A DNA stretch of 61,393 bases, the filler included, from Globobulimina sp. (taxonomy: Eukaryota): the NCBI GenBank assembly GCA_003354225.1. It is 17 parts of 17 records of this genome, joined end to end, with 100 filler letters (N's around TTAATTAATTAA, not from the genome) between each part and the next. Parts side by side here need not be neighbours in the genome. Positions count along the whole stretch, not along the records: positions 1 to 3,519 come from PIVH01002594.1; positions 3,620 to 7,138 come from PIVH01002595.1; positions 7,239 to 10,757 come from PIVH01002596.1; positions 10,858 to 14,376 come from PIVH01002597.1; 13 more parts are not named here. One strand, written 5' to 3'. The notes beneath the pieces are model-generated. The model saw only the letters and a list, made by a program, of their open reading frames with translations, was not told the origin of the DNA and did not search any database. This document shows, in pieces, positions 1 through 10,885 of this stretch. Each line of letters opens with the position of its first letter. Position 1 is the stretch's first letter. Position numbers and translations under genes: made by a program.

Positions 1-1521
1 ATTGGCGAGTTCCCGGTGATTAAGACGGCGCAGCAGGCAAAGAGACAGCATTCCGAGAATGAGGCTGTCGGGAAGAAGGAGACGAAGAATAAGCAGCAAT
101 CGTCGTATTTGACGCGTACAGTGGTGTTACCTGACGGGACCTATGCACAGTCCACCATGGCGATGATAAATATGGACAACGATCAGGATTCAGATTTAAA
201 TAACACGCAATCGACAAAGAAACATCATTTCCGGAAGTTGATCAAAAATGGGGAGTACTTTCTAGCCGCAGTGCTGTCATTGAGTTTATTGAAGTTGGTG
301 TTGAAATATGCTGCTTTTGGTGATGGAGATAGGAAGGAATTGAATAAAATCATTGCGAAGTCATTACTTATCATTACCTCGATTATAAGATATGGCACGT
401 CCAACACCACCAAGCATAAGAATAAGATTGACAATGATACGAAAGATCGGATGATGTATGTCGTCAATAAGTTGTTAATCGACTTCAATGGGGACGGAAT
501 CAGCGAGATTGAGAGTAAATGCATGACGGAGCTCTGTGGCAAGAATTTTGGTTTGATGTTGTTGGCGCAGCGGAAGGAAGAGGAGAATAAAAGGAGAGAG
601 ATGGACGCGTTGAAGGATAGAGAGAGTGGCCAGGTGTCGTTTGATAAGATGCTGTTTATCCGCCAGTTGGCGGGCTATAATGAGATTGGTGGCGGCGGTG
701 CCATGGGTTTGGTGGACGAAGCCGATGACATTAATTTGATGAAAGCAGTGGGGAACAAGACATTGATGGGCGATGAAAATAATTTGCGTACTCGTTTGAG
801 TCGCATTCATCAGTTGACCGGTTTCAGCGATCCGATATATGCAGAAGCTGCAGTCACTGTGCATCAATTTGATATTGTTTTGGATTTTTTAATCATAAAT
901 AATACCTCGAAAACACTACAAAATTTAAATTTGGAATTGCATACCAGCGGAGATCTAAAAATAGTGGAAAAACCGAATAAAATGACATTAGCGCCCAAGC
1001 AGTCGCAGCGCATCGAAGCATCCATAAAAGTGTCGTCGACGGAGAATGGCGTGATTTTTGGCAACATCGTGTATGATACGACGGGGGCCACTTCTGATAA
1101 GAACATTGTTGTCATGAATTGCATTCATATGGATATTATGGATTACGTGAATCCCGAGTTTTGCACAGAGACAAAGTTTAGGGAAATGTGGGTCGAGTTT
1201 GAATGGGAGAATAAAGTGCCGGTAAATACGGATATTAATAATTTGAATACGTATATTCAACATATTGCGAGTATCACCAACATGCAATTATTGACAAAAC
1301 CTATTTCCTCCAGCGATAAATGTCAATTTTTGGCTGCTAACTTGCACGCAAAATCTATATTTGGTGAACATGCTTTAATGAATGTTTCGATTGAATTGAA
1401 AAAAGATGATCAAGATTTGAAAATTTCTGGGCATATTCGAATACGATGCAAATCGCAAGGAATTGCATTGAGTTTAGGTGAAAAAATAACAAACGGACAA
1501 CGGATAGGTGAAAGAAATTAA
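1..1521 (+). CDS. COPB1: Coatomer subunit beta (beta-COP), 5'-partial
   Basis: Frame is open from base 1 (IGEFPV...). Beta-COP appendage motifs: LSRIHQLTGFSDPIYAEA, TLQNLNLEL, KVSSTENGVIFGNIVY, FREMWVEFEWENKV, RIRCKSQGIALSLGEKI. Confidence 0.96.
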   Translation: MGEFPVIKTAQQAKRQHSENEAVGKKETKNKQQSSYLTRTVVLPDGTYAQSTMAMINMDNDQDSDLNNTQSTKKHHFRKLIKNGEYFLAAVLSLSLLKLVLKYAAFGDGDRKELNKIIAKSLLIITSIIRYGTSNTTKHKNKIDNDTKDRMMYVVNKLLIDFNGDGISEIESKCMTELCGKNFGLMLLAQRKEEENKRREMDALKDRESGQVSFDKMLFIRQLAGYNEIGGGGAMGLVDEADDINLMKAVGNKTLMGDENNLRTRLSRIHQLTGFSDPIYAEAAVTVHQFDIVLDFLIINNTSKTLQNLNLELHTSGDLKIVEKPNKMTLAPKQSQRIEASIKVSSTENGVIFGNIVYDTTGATSDKNIVVMNCIHMDIMDYVNPEFCTETKFREMWVEFEWENKVPVNTDINNLNTYIQHIASITNMQLLTKPISSSDKCQFLAANLHAKSIFGEHALMNVSIELKKDDQDLKISGHIRIRCKSQGIALSLGEKITNGQRIGERN

Positions 1522-1920
1522 CATTTTTGTTTTTATTATATATTCGATGACTAGTTGACTATGATTGGACTCTTCTGGCTTCCCACAATCATTTGTTTTT
1601 TTCTCATATAGCAGATTCATATTATATTCTTTAATTAGTTGAAGGGTTTAAACAAACCACATTTTGTTTCTAATGGATTGGGTGTATTTTAGACCAAATG
1701 TATGGTACGAAGGTAAGATCAAAATTAAATGTAGTGTTAGACAAAAAGTATATGAAGTGTAAGATCAAAATGTAAATACTACAAATCATGCATTTGGTTT
1801 ATACGACGACGACACATACTTTATTATTGCTGCAAACTGTCGTATCATCCAGAAAACTGACCAAGCAAATAAACAACAAACATTATGGTATAGAAACAAA
1901 TACATTCAACAAATACATTT

Positions 1921-2133
1921 AAAGGAATGCATTTAAGTCAGAGGTTAAGAAGTTGAGAGGTTCAGACGTTTAGGGGTTGAGAGGTTGAGATGTTCGGAAG
2001 TTGGAGGATAAAAGTATCGTAGAATTGGATTCTTGTTTCATTAATAATCCAACTTTTGAACCTCTCAACTTCTCAACGCATAAACTTCCGAACCTCTCAA
2101 CCTCTCAAACCTCTGACTTTAATGCATTTCTTT
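1921..2133. mobile_element. MITE/foldback-like element with ~85-bp imperfect terminal inverted repeats
   Basis: AAAGGAATGCATTTAAGTCAGAGG...GGAAGTTGGA (1921-2006) is the imperfect reverse complement of TCCAACTT...CTCTGACTTTAATGCATTTCTTT (2048-2133). The arms are built of GAGAGGTT-like 8-mers. Confidence 0.65.
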
Positions 2134-2303
2134 CATTCAACACATATTTCTAGAAATAAATCATATCATTATCTTCGTATATATTTAATGTGGATCATAC
2201 CTACACCTATGGAAAATTTGTACAAAATCTGAAAACGATAACAAACACAATATTAAGTACACAACGTACCAATCACAAAAAACTGCAAAAATAAAGTATT
2301 AAA

Positions 2304-3519
2304 TCATTGCTTAATTGTCAAATAATCATAACCCCACTTACTATCAGCTTTTATATTCCATTTTTTATCATTAAATCTTTGTTTCACTGACTCATTCAAA
2401 ATATCACTTAACCAGGTTTTATCACTTCCATATCCTATCCTTGCTTTAATAATATATTTAATGGATGATTTGTATGATTCAATCGACGATAAAAATGATA
2501 ATAAACTAAATCTATATTCTGTATATCCATCTGTTGTATGAATAATCTTACCTCCGAAACCAATAGCCCAACCTGTTTGGTCATCTGTAAAAAACACGCC
2601 TTCGTATGCATTATTTGGTGGAGGACTTTGTGGGATCCAGTTCTCACCACCGTCGATTGAGTATTCGATTGCAACTTCGATAATGCTGTTGCTGTCCCAC
2701 GTGATTTCTGTAATGCTTCCCGTAACAAGCTGCTCATCGCCATTGGGGCTTGTCAGGCTGATCGTTCCGAAACTTTCGATGGCAACGCCAAAGTCCTTGC
2801 CAGCCGACATCGAAGTATAGTTGTTTCCCGGAGGCACGTCTGTTTGTCCATCCTCATTTGCGCCCCAGCCGGTAATGGAACCGTCCGTCTTGAGAGCAAG
2901 GCAGAAGTATTCACCAACTGCGATACCTGAGTTCTCAGAATCGTCCGGTGCATTGGTGACCTGGTTTTTACTGTCATCTCCCCAAACAGCCAGTGAACCG
3001 TCTTCCTTCAAAGCAATGCTGGTATACCCACCGGCTGATATTGCACTAAAGACGCCTTCTTCAGGAGCATCACCGGTAGCGCCGAAATAATCAAATCCCC
3101 ATGCTGCCACGCTGCCATCGGCTCTTAACGCGACAGAATGATAATCACCGGCTGCAACTGCGACAAAGTCGGTACCCTGTGGGTCCGGGTCTGCTGTATT
3201 TACGAATCCCCATGTTACGACCGAACCATTTTCCCGAAGGGCAACACCATGGAAATCGCCGGCATCAACGGCAGTGAAATCCTCGCCATCGGGAACATCC
3301 AGACGACCAGAATTGCCATTACCTACAGCTATCAATACGCCCTCTGCAGTGAGTCCAACAGAGAAGAGACTTCCTGCGGCAATCTGAACATAAAATTCGT
3401 CAGTCGGAAGGTCCTGCTGTCCGGCAGTGTTCAAACCGAACCCTTCGAAGGTTCCGTCTAATCGCAAAGCCATCCCGTGATTAAAGCCAGACGACACGCT
3501 GTCAAAATCGTCGCCTTCC
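2304..3519 (-). CDS. Bacterial-type RCC1/BLIP-II repeat protein fragment, apparently chimeric at its C-terminus
   Basis: Repeats of the form AV.AG..H.VALR.DGSV..WG, then SPNGDEQL..GS..EITW and IEYSIDGGENW. GC-richer and intronless from 2640 to 3519. Followed by a YCF48/BNR-like piece (FFTDDQTGWAIGFGGKIIHTTDG) and an unrelated AT-rich tail. Confidence 0.7.
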
Positions 3520-3619
3520 NNNNNNNNNNNNNNNNNNNNNNNNNNNNNNNNNNNNNNNNNNNNTTAATTAATTAANNNNNNNNNNNNNNNNNNNNNNNNN
3601 NNNNNNNNNNNNNNNNNNN
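3520..3619. other. Artificial contig linker (44N-TTAATTAATTAA-44N); 16 copies in the window
   Basis: Identical 100-bp spacers start at 3520, 7139, 10758, 14377, 17995, 21613, 25231, 28849, 32466, 36083, 39700, 43316, 46932, 50548, 54164 and 57779. They carry stops in all six frames, and contig lengths never increase along the window. Confidence 0.99.
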
Positions 3620-3750
3620 TAATTAAATTAAAAGTAATAATTGAGAAAAGATAATAAAATCAAGCACAAAAAAAAAACAAATTATATGGACATAAAAATA
3701 AACGAAAAAAAATATATTAAAATGAATGTAAGCATTTTATATAATATCCT

Positions 3751-4237
3751 TTATCCAAATGAGTTCTCAGCAGACTAAGCAACATAAAGAAATCCATCTT
3801 CATCTTTATGTTTTTGATAAACATCAGCCATCATCTTACCGTTTACCACCAATATGTCGTTAATAAATAAGAAGATCGACTGTTGTGAGGTTAATTTGAT
3901 ACGTTTTCTGTGAATAGAAATGTTTTGATGATCAAACAAATCGGTTAAATATTAAATTTGTGCACATAGTCACAGACCTTATTACTTTAACAAATTGAGC
4001 AACGGTAAGTTCTTTCGGGACCAATATTTTTGATCTATCCATTTCCTGAATGCATGATTTTGGATCACGTTCACATATCACAGGGACTCTTTTTGTTAAT
4101 CACAACAAATATGAATTGATGATAGTGACCAACTGGCCAATTATTTTATACCTGTCGCTATATTTGGACAAAACTCGTGTTGCTTTATCTCTTCTTTCTT
4201 GCAAACAATGTTGTTTTTTAAATGCAAATTCATGCAT
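3751..4237 (-). pseudogene. ATG8: ATG8/GABARAP-family ubiquitin-like gene, 3 exons, with an in-frame TAG near the C-terminus
   Basis: Not in the ORF track. Spliced translation: [116 protein letters not shown]. Two GT-AG introns. TAG at 3775-3777. Confidence 0.9.
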
Positions 4238-4566
4238 TGGAAAATATATTATGTTGGTTTTGCTGTGCCAAAGAATAATACGTATTGTCTGATGAACTGG
4301 TTACAATTGGTATTATTGTATGATGACGAAGCGGATTTTATTACCTTTTGTGCTGTTGCTGATATTGCAAGTTCAAGAGCGTGTTTTTTTTTCACTAACA
4401 AAAACATTAATTTGTTTATACATTATACATTAGTTATAAATTAAGCGACTTAAGGCTTTCGTTTAATTTCCAACCAGCTAAGAATCATATTGTTATCATA
4501 ATTAATCTCATAATTTACATCGATATTCATAGCAATTAGCAAACAAATCCAAAGAAACTAACGGCG

Positions 4567-5425
4567 ATGGCATCATCTTGTTCGACATCGATAATGAAAG
4601 AGGTCAAAAAACTACTGCGAAAACCATTGGATGACATTGAAATAATGATAAAAAATGATAATATTTTCATATTGAATGCCATTGTTAGCGGACCAGAATC
4701 GACACCTTTTGAAAGTGGTAAATTTGAGATTGAATTGCATTTTAATCATAATTATCCACAGCAACCACCAAAAGGATATTTTGTTACAAAAATATTTCAT
4801 CCAAATGTGGCACCATCAAATGGCGAAATTTGTGTAAATACACTTAAAAGAGATTGGAAGCCATCGTATGGAATAAAACATATTTTAATCGCAATTCGAT
4901 CATTACTAATTGTTCCAAATTATGATTCAGCGCTTAACGAAGAAGCTGGAAAACTTTTATTAACCTCTTATCAGCATTATGTTGAAAGAGCGCGTCTATT
5001 TACAAAAATACATTCCATTGTTAAGTATATATAATATATTTTATATTTTGTGCTCGGAATTTCATAATTTGAATATTTATGCAAATCGTTTCTGTTTTTG
5101 TTTTTGTTTTTCGTTGTTTGATTGATAGAAAAAAAAAGCAATTATCAAAGATACAGATGTATGCTATAAAAATGATGATGATACAAACAATGGGAAAGTC
5201 ATTGGGGATAAGGAGAATTTAAATGGATCGAAAGAATGTGATGAAACTAATAAATCACAGAAAAGATATTTGAATGAAAATGTAAATGAAAAGAATAAAG
5301 AAAACAATGGTAATACCAAACATGATGAAAATAACAATAACAATAAAAATAAATCGAAATCAAAAAGTAAATCAAAATCAAAAAGCAAAAAATCAAAAGT
5401 TTCTAAATCAATGAGAAGATTATAA
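4567..5425 (+). CDS. UBE2S: Ubiquitin-conjugating enzyme E2 S, 2 exons (intron 5020-5128)
   Basis: PPKGYFVTKIFHPNV, GEICVNTLKRDW, SALNEEAGKLL. Exon 2 ends in the basic UBE2S-type tail KSMRRL*. Confidence 0.92.
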
Positions 5426-5574
5426 ACTAAATTAACTTGGGAATGGGGTCAATGGGGTCAATGGGGTACATATTGCATGTGTTGACTGCATTTTTCTTTT
5501 TTCCACATTATTATTTATTTATTTCTTCCTTCTATTTTACTAACACTTTACTAAAAAAAACTCAATAATTTACA

Positions 5575-7138
5575 ATGGCGCAGCCCAATCCTAATTCTAA
5601 AAAGAACAGCAAAGGATCGCACTCATGGATGCCATGGATCAAGTCTGGCGGTGTTGTTGCTTTACTGTCTGGCGGCGCTTATTTCTATTACAAACATCTA
5701 TATACGCAGCACACACAACCCATTCAAGTTAAAACTGATACAAAAAAGACGACACACACACACATCTAAAGAAGTAACACACATGAAAACAAAAAGAATA
5801 ACGCCGCCCCATTGGGAGCAGCAATGTATAACCCGACTCCATTGGGCGACTTTAGCGACACAGACGACACAAACAACACAACATTCTACACCTCAAACGC
5901 CAACAATGTCGGAGATGGCGACAAGATGGGAGTGCGGGAAGAATATTTGTCCACCTTATTACAGCAACGACGCACATTGTCAGTGCTCAAAAACGCCCAC
6001 TTACACCACCATAAACTGGAACATTACTTCCATTTGGGATTCGATTCATCCTCGCCCATAATATCCCAATTCAACCGGGTCAAATGGGTCCTTATCGTGC
6101 GCAGCAAATCCGACGTTAAATTAGTTGGGAAACGTATATTGAGCGAATTCCCTCAATTCAAGCAAGAGAAAAACGATAATAATCTACCACAACCCATCGG
6201 CGCCACGGATAGGTTCTATATGATTCAAATCGCGTCCATCATCATCGTGTCCTGCGGCATTGGCGCTTCTTCCATCTCCATACTATTACAAGAAGTTAAA
6301 TGATATACAAACCCGAGGAAATTTCCATAAATTACACACAAAACACGCAGATCACCAAAGTGTTAGTGGACGCCGGCGCCTTTGCGCCCAATGAGAACAA
6401 CACCTCATTAACCTACAAAACCTCGTATGTGGAGTATATTTTATTGATATCTGCGGCCGGAATCAACGAGTCGCCGTCGGCAAAGGTGTACAAACGGCGC
6501 CATTCATTGGATGCAAATGCGATGAAAGCGCACAGTTTCCGCAGTAATCTGTGCAACATCTCCTACGATGACATGAAAGAACGCGCCAAACAAAAGGAAG
6601 AGAGACCGAGCCAAGTGACCAAAGGCGAGGTACCAGTCATAATTCCCACGACTTGCTACAATGAAAAGTTGTCACTGTCGCGCGAGTTCACGTCGTGTGG
6701 GAGCAATATCTGTCGGAGTATGAAGTTTGACCGCCATTTGATCAGCGACATTAAGATAAGATGCGGCTTTTTGCGCTCGTTGAAGCCGAAAATGGGCAAA
6801 GGTTTAAGTGTACAGTATTTGCACGAGGCGTTGAGCCATAATTCGGTGACTATCAATGAGGAGAATAACGTCAAGAAAAAGTTTGTGCAAAGTTGCATTG
6901 ATGCGGGCATAAAATATGTCGATATGGAGTCTGGATATTTTGCCGCGTTTTGCAATACGTTGAACATTTCTTGTGTGGCCATTGTGGGCATTGAGTATGA
7001 CATTGCCGGCGGCAAAAGCAATGGGAATAATATGCGCGTGTCTCACCATACGGCGCTGCATGCCACTTTGGACATATTTTGCCAGTATCTCTGGGATCGG
7101 ATAACGCAGGATTTGCATTGTAAATCTTTGAAACGAGG
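5575..7138 (+). CDS. Uridine phosphorylase-like protein with N-terminal membrane anchor; spliced, 3'-partial
   Basis: YFHLGF, TDRFYMIQI, VSCGIGASSISILLQE/ITKVL, AGIKYVDMESGYFAAFC match eukaryotic UPP. Introns with GTTAAA donors at ~5728-5796 and ~6295-6351. Confidence 0.75.
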
Positions 7139-7238
7139 NNNNNNNNNNNNNNNNNNNNNNNNNNNNNNNNNNNNNNNNNNNNTTAATTAATTAANNNNNN
7201 NNNNNNNNNNNNNNNNNNNNNNNNNNNNNNNNNNNNNN

Positions 7239-7500
7239 CTGATACAGTGATAAATTTGACAACACTGTCTACTGGAAACAAAGGATCATATCCGGCACCA
7301 CCGGCAAAAGCTAAGTTTTCCTTACCATACAGTGACGATTTTGAGTCATATGCAGATCAAGCTGGATCGTTTGCGGTTACACAAGCTTTAAAACAGAGCA
7401 TTGTGCACTATGCATTTGAGCAAATGGTGCCATTTTCACCATCGGATAACCAGACTGGTTGCCATTGACTATTATTGGTGATTATAACTTGACTGTACAT
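7239..7500 (+). pseudogene. Galactocerebrosidase (GH59) C-terminal remnant
   Basis: LTTLSTGNKGSYPAPPAKAKFSLPYSDDFESYADQAGSF and, frameshifted, PLTIIGDYN resemble the GALC C-terminal region. Internal deletion and frameshift. Confidence 0.65.
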
Positions 7501-7624
7501 CAAATATTATTGTTGCATTGAGATTGGGTTATTTACATATAAAATTATTGAGATGAATGGGAAGTGATCTATCGAGTATTGATTTATATCGTTGCCAATG
7601 CAAATAAACAAAACATTAATTGAT

Positions 7625-8140
7625 TTATATGACAATACAAAACGTCCCTGCAGTGGTTATCCAATGTACTGTATCATTTGAAATATTAATGGATTGTAAT
7701 GTCATTCCCAATTCAATTGCAATGTACATAAAATTTGCTGAACAAAAATATATGTATTTAATATTAATAATTGGTGCTAGCTGCTACAGTATAATTATTA
7801 TGTTTATGTATCTTGTTTAGAATTATTAGGGAAATAATGCTCCAGATAATATGCTCAGTAATAATGTTTGAAGAAATAAATATAACGCACAAAATCCAAC
7901 TAATACAAGGGAATAGTCATTATCTTCATATTTGGATAAAAGCTTTGCCACAATCTTTACGTCCAACACATTTGTTGGCATTCTTAGTTTTTAATGCAAT
8001 CATGATCGAAAAAGTAATTTCAACTTAAACATAGGAAAAAGGTATACCAGCGGCTCCATTGAGGGAAACTTGTAAAACATAAAGATCATTAAAACAAATG
8101 ACATGATGAATGTAATCAATAATATTTGCGTTCTGCGTGT
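7625..8140 (-). pseudogene. TMEM41/DedA (SNARE-associated Golgi) family remnant
   Basis: Minus-strand pieces KLRMPTNVLDVKIVAKLLSKYEDNDYSLVLVGFCALYLFLQT-LLLSILSGALFP*, LAPIINIKYIYF and YIAIELGMTLQSI. The conserved FAIPG is deleted and there is a premature TAA at 7826-7828. Confidence 0.7.
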
Positions 8141-8220
8141 ACAATTTTGCAAAAAATGGATCGGTCATTGAGGCATTACGTCATCCTTATTTGCTCTAAA
8201 AATTTTTCTTGCAATTTAAA

Positions 8221-9162
8221 ATGCATTCTTCTGAAATAAAGACTAGTGGCATTAACAACGGACTTGCCGGTGTTTGTACCGGTGTGCTAACAAAATCTAC
8301 ACTGCAACCTTTAGGTATTATATTTTAATTTGAAAAATCTATAAATTTCTGAAATAAACTTAAGTTGTGTATAGATTTTATTCGAACAAGGTTGCAACTT
8401 CTTGATTGTTCGCAAAAAGATTACAAATTAATCAAAACAGTGAGAAATATATTTAAGTCTGAAGGAATTCTTTGTGTATACCGTGGTTTAAGTGCCAATC
8501 TATTGGGAAGCGGTACTAATTGGGGCATTTATTTCTTTTCCTATGAGAGTATAAAGTCAATGACCTCGCCCTCTTCATCCTCCTCCTCCTGCTCCTCAAT
8601 TAATCATTTTATTGCGGGGACAGTGAGTGGCATAATCAGCATCACTGTGACTAATCCGATATGGTGCATTAAAACAAGATTGCAAATTGATACAAAATAC
8701 TTGGGATTATTTGATTGTTTTACAAAAATATGCAAAGATGAAGGAATATTAAATTTATACAGAGGACTGGGACCAGCATACATTTTAGTTTTGAACCCAG
8801 CGCTGCAATTTACAGTTTATGAAAAGTTAAAACAAATATTTATTGAATTAAATCCAAATCCATTGCGATCATCGGACTTTTTAATAATGGGTGGTATGGC
8901 AAAAATGTTATCATCGACTACTGTGTATCCAATGCAACTAATTCGCGCTCGATTATTCCAAACAGAGAGTAATCATATCATTATAAACAAAAATAAATAC
9001 TGTGGAGTCTATGATTGTGTTAAAAGAATCATTACCAACGAAGGAATAAATGGATTCTACAAAGGATTGTCGATTAACTTAATTAAAACTGTACCTTCAT
9101 CTGCGTTAACATTTATGTTTTATGAAAATTCACTCAAATTGTTTAATAAATATATGTTGTAA
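8221..9162 (+). CDS. Mitochondrial carrier (SLC25; folate/FAD/NAD transporter-like), 2 exons
   Basis: Exon 1 MHSSEIK...LQPL, intron ~8315-8374. Three carrier signatures (PLDFIRTRLQ, PIWCIKTRLQ, PMQLIRARL). The PIW motif is typical of SLC25A32/Flx1/Ndt1. Confidence 0.92.
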
Positions 9163-9540
9163 AAACACGCACTAATTTTTAATTGGTTGTAAATACTTGT
9201 AATATAAACTAAAACAGAAACTGTTTGCTATAGCTTTGTGTTTGGTTGACTATATACTCTATACTGTATACAAAGGAAAGGGGTGGTTATCCAAACGGGG
9301 GAGGGGTTAAACTATATATTCCAAAAGATAAATTTGTTCTGACTTTGTTCTGGATTTGCAAACCCAAGACAAAGATATAACAAACACAGAACAAACCCAA
9401 GAAAAATCTATAGAAAACCGTTTCTGTGTTTGCAAAGCGTTTCTCAGATAATTGAATTAAATGTATACAACTTATCGACCAGGGGGCGCGGTTATCTTTT
9501 GGAATACTGTATATCGTTAAGTTGTAATTTGTATTTGTAA

Positions 9541-10757
9541 ATGGGCACTAAAGAATCTACGTTGAACCACAATATAAGTTGCACCCAGAATAATGAGTAT
9601 AGAAAAAATAAAATGCAAAAAAAATTATTAATGCTGGGGTCGCGTAAATCGGGCAAAACAAAATTATTCAATAAAATCAAACAATTGAATGGTCCGGGAT
9701 TTGATGAAAATGAAAGAAACAAATTCAAATTATACATTATTAAATATGTTATCAAATCTGTTCAAAAAATATTAAGATGCATTGAACAAAATGGCAGGAA
9801 ATTCAAATCGAATAATATTATGAAACAATGCTCAGAAATAATTCAAAGTGTTTATTTAAGCGATTCGTACGAGGAAAATAACAATTTATTAACTGATGAT
9901 TGGCGCAGCATATTAAATTATATTGATATATTATATCAAAATAAATCATTTCAAAATGAAATATTGAGAAATGCGTCGCAATATTTTGTTGATGAGTCTG
10001 TCGAATATTTTTTGAAAAACATACAAAGATTAAGTGAGTATAAGTATACGCCGACAGATAATGACATTATAAATCTGCCTCAAAATAAATGCTTATCCAT
10101 ATCGAATACGCAAGTAACAGTCGGAGGCACCGTGTTGAATATATTTGCAATTGATATAAATGACAAAAAATGGATGCATTGCTTTGATGACATTACCATG
10201 TTAGTTTTTGTAGTGTCTCTAACCAGTTATTATGATAAAATCTATAATATTGAGTACCATGAGTACTATGACGAAATGTATACTGCCAAATTAAAACAGA
10301 AAATAGCTCTCGAATCAATTGAGTTTTTAATTCAAATTATTGGCATTGACGCTGTCGAATTGATCTTATCATATATTCCGGAGGAGGTACAAATTGGTAA
10401 AAATGCTATGATGGAATCAATAGACTTATTTGATGAAACAATACATAATAAATGGTTTGACAGTACTTATGTTATGTTGCTGTTTAACAATATGGATTTG
10501 TTGAGAGATAAAATGGTGGACGACAATGACAATCATGTTCGATCGTTTATGATTTGCTTTCCTGAATATAATGGAAATGTAGATTCATTTCAAGAGTGTT
10601 CAAAGTATATCTCTCAGATGTTTATGTTGAAAAACGCAAATAACGACAAACAAAGACAGATTTACACGCATTTTATATCTGATACGGATCACATTGATCA
10701 CTTCATACAATTATTGTTTAGTGACGTGCAAGATTGTGTAAATCAAATGTCATTGAG
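9541..10757 (+). CDS. Divergent heterotrimeric G-protein alpha subunit, 3'-partial
   Basis: KLLMLGSRKSGKT P-loop, YTPTDNDII, KKWMHCFDDITMLVFVVSLTSY, ESIDLF, LLFNNMDL, RQIYTHF. N-terminal MG. Confidence 0.88.
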
Positions 10758-10885
10758 NNNNNNNNNNNNNNNNNNNNNNNNNNNNNNNNNNNNNNNNNNN
10801 NTTAATTAATTAANNNNNNNNNNNNNNNNNNNNNNNNNNNNNNNNNNNNNNNNNNNNACTTTACAGTTTTTTAAAAAATTCCATA

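Noticed and set aside
3775-3777. Genome-wide TAG-to-Tyr codon reassignment
   Set aside because: Many long ORFs have no in-frame TAG, and TAG appears to terminate the sulfotransferase (32122-24). This is a single case only.
5767-5769. In-frame TAA readthrough in the uridine phosphorylase-like gene
   Set aside because: Removed by a plausible phase-0 intron 5728-5796 with the same GTTAAA donor as the next intron.
9210-9432. Weak inverted repeat downstream of the carrier gene
   Set aside because: Many mismatches in low-complexity sequence; not convincing.
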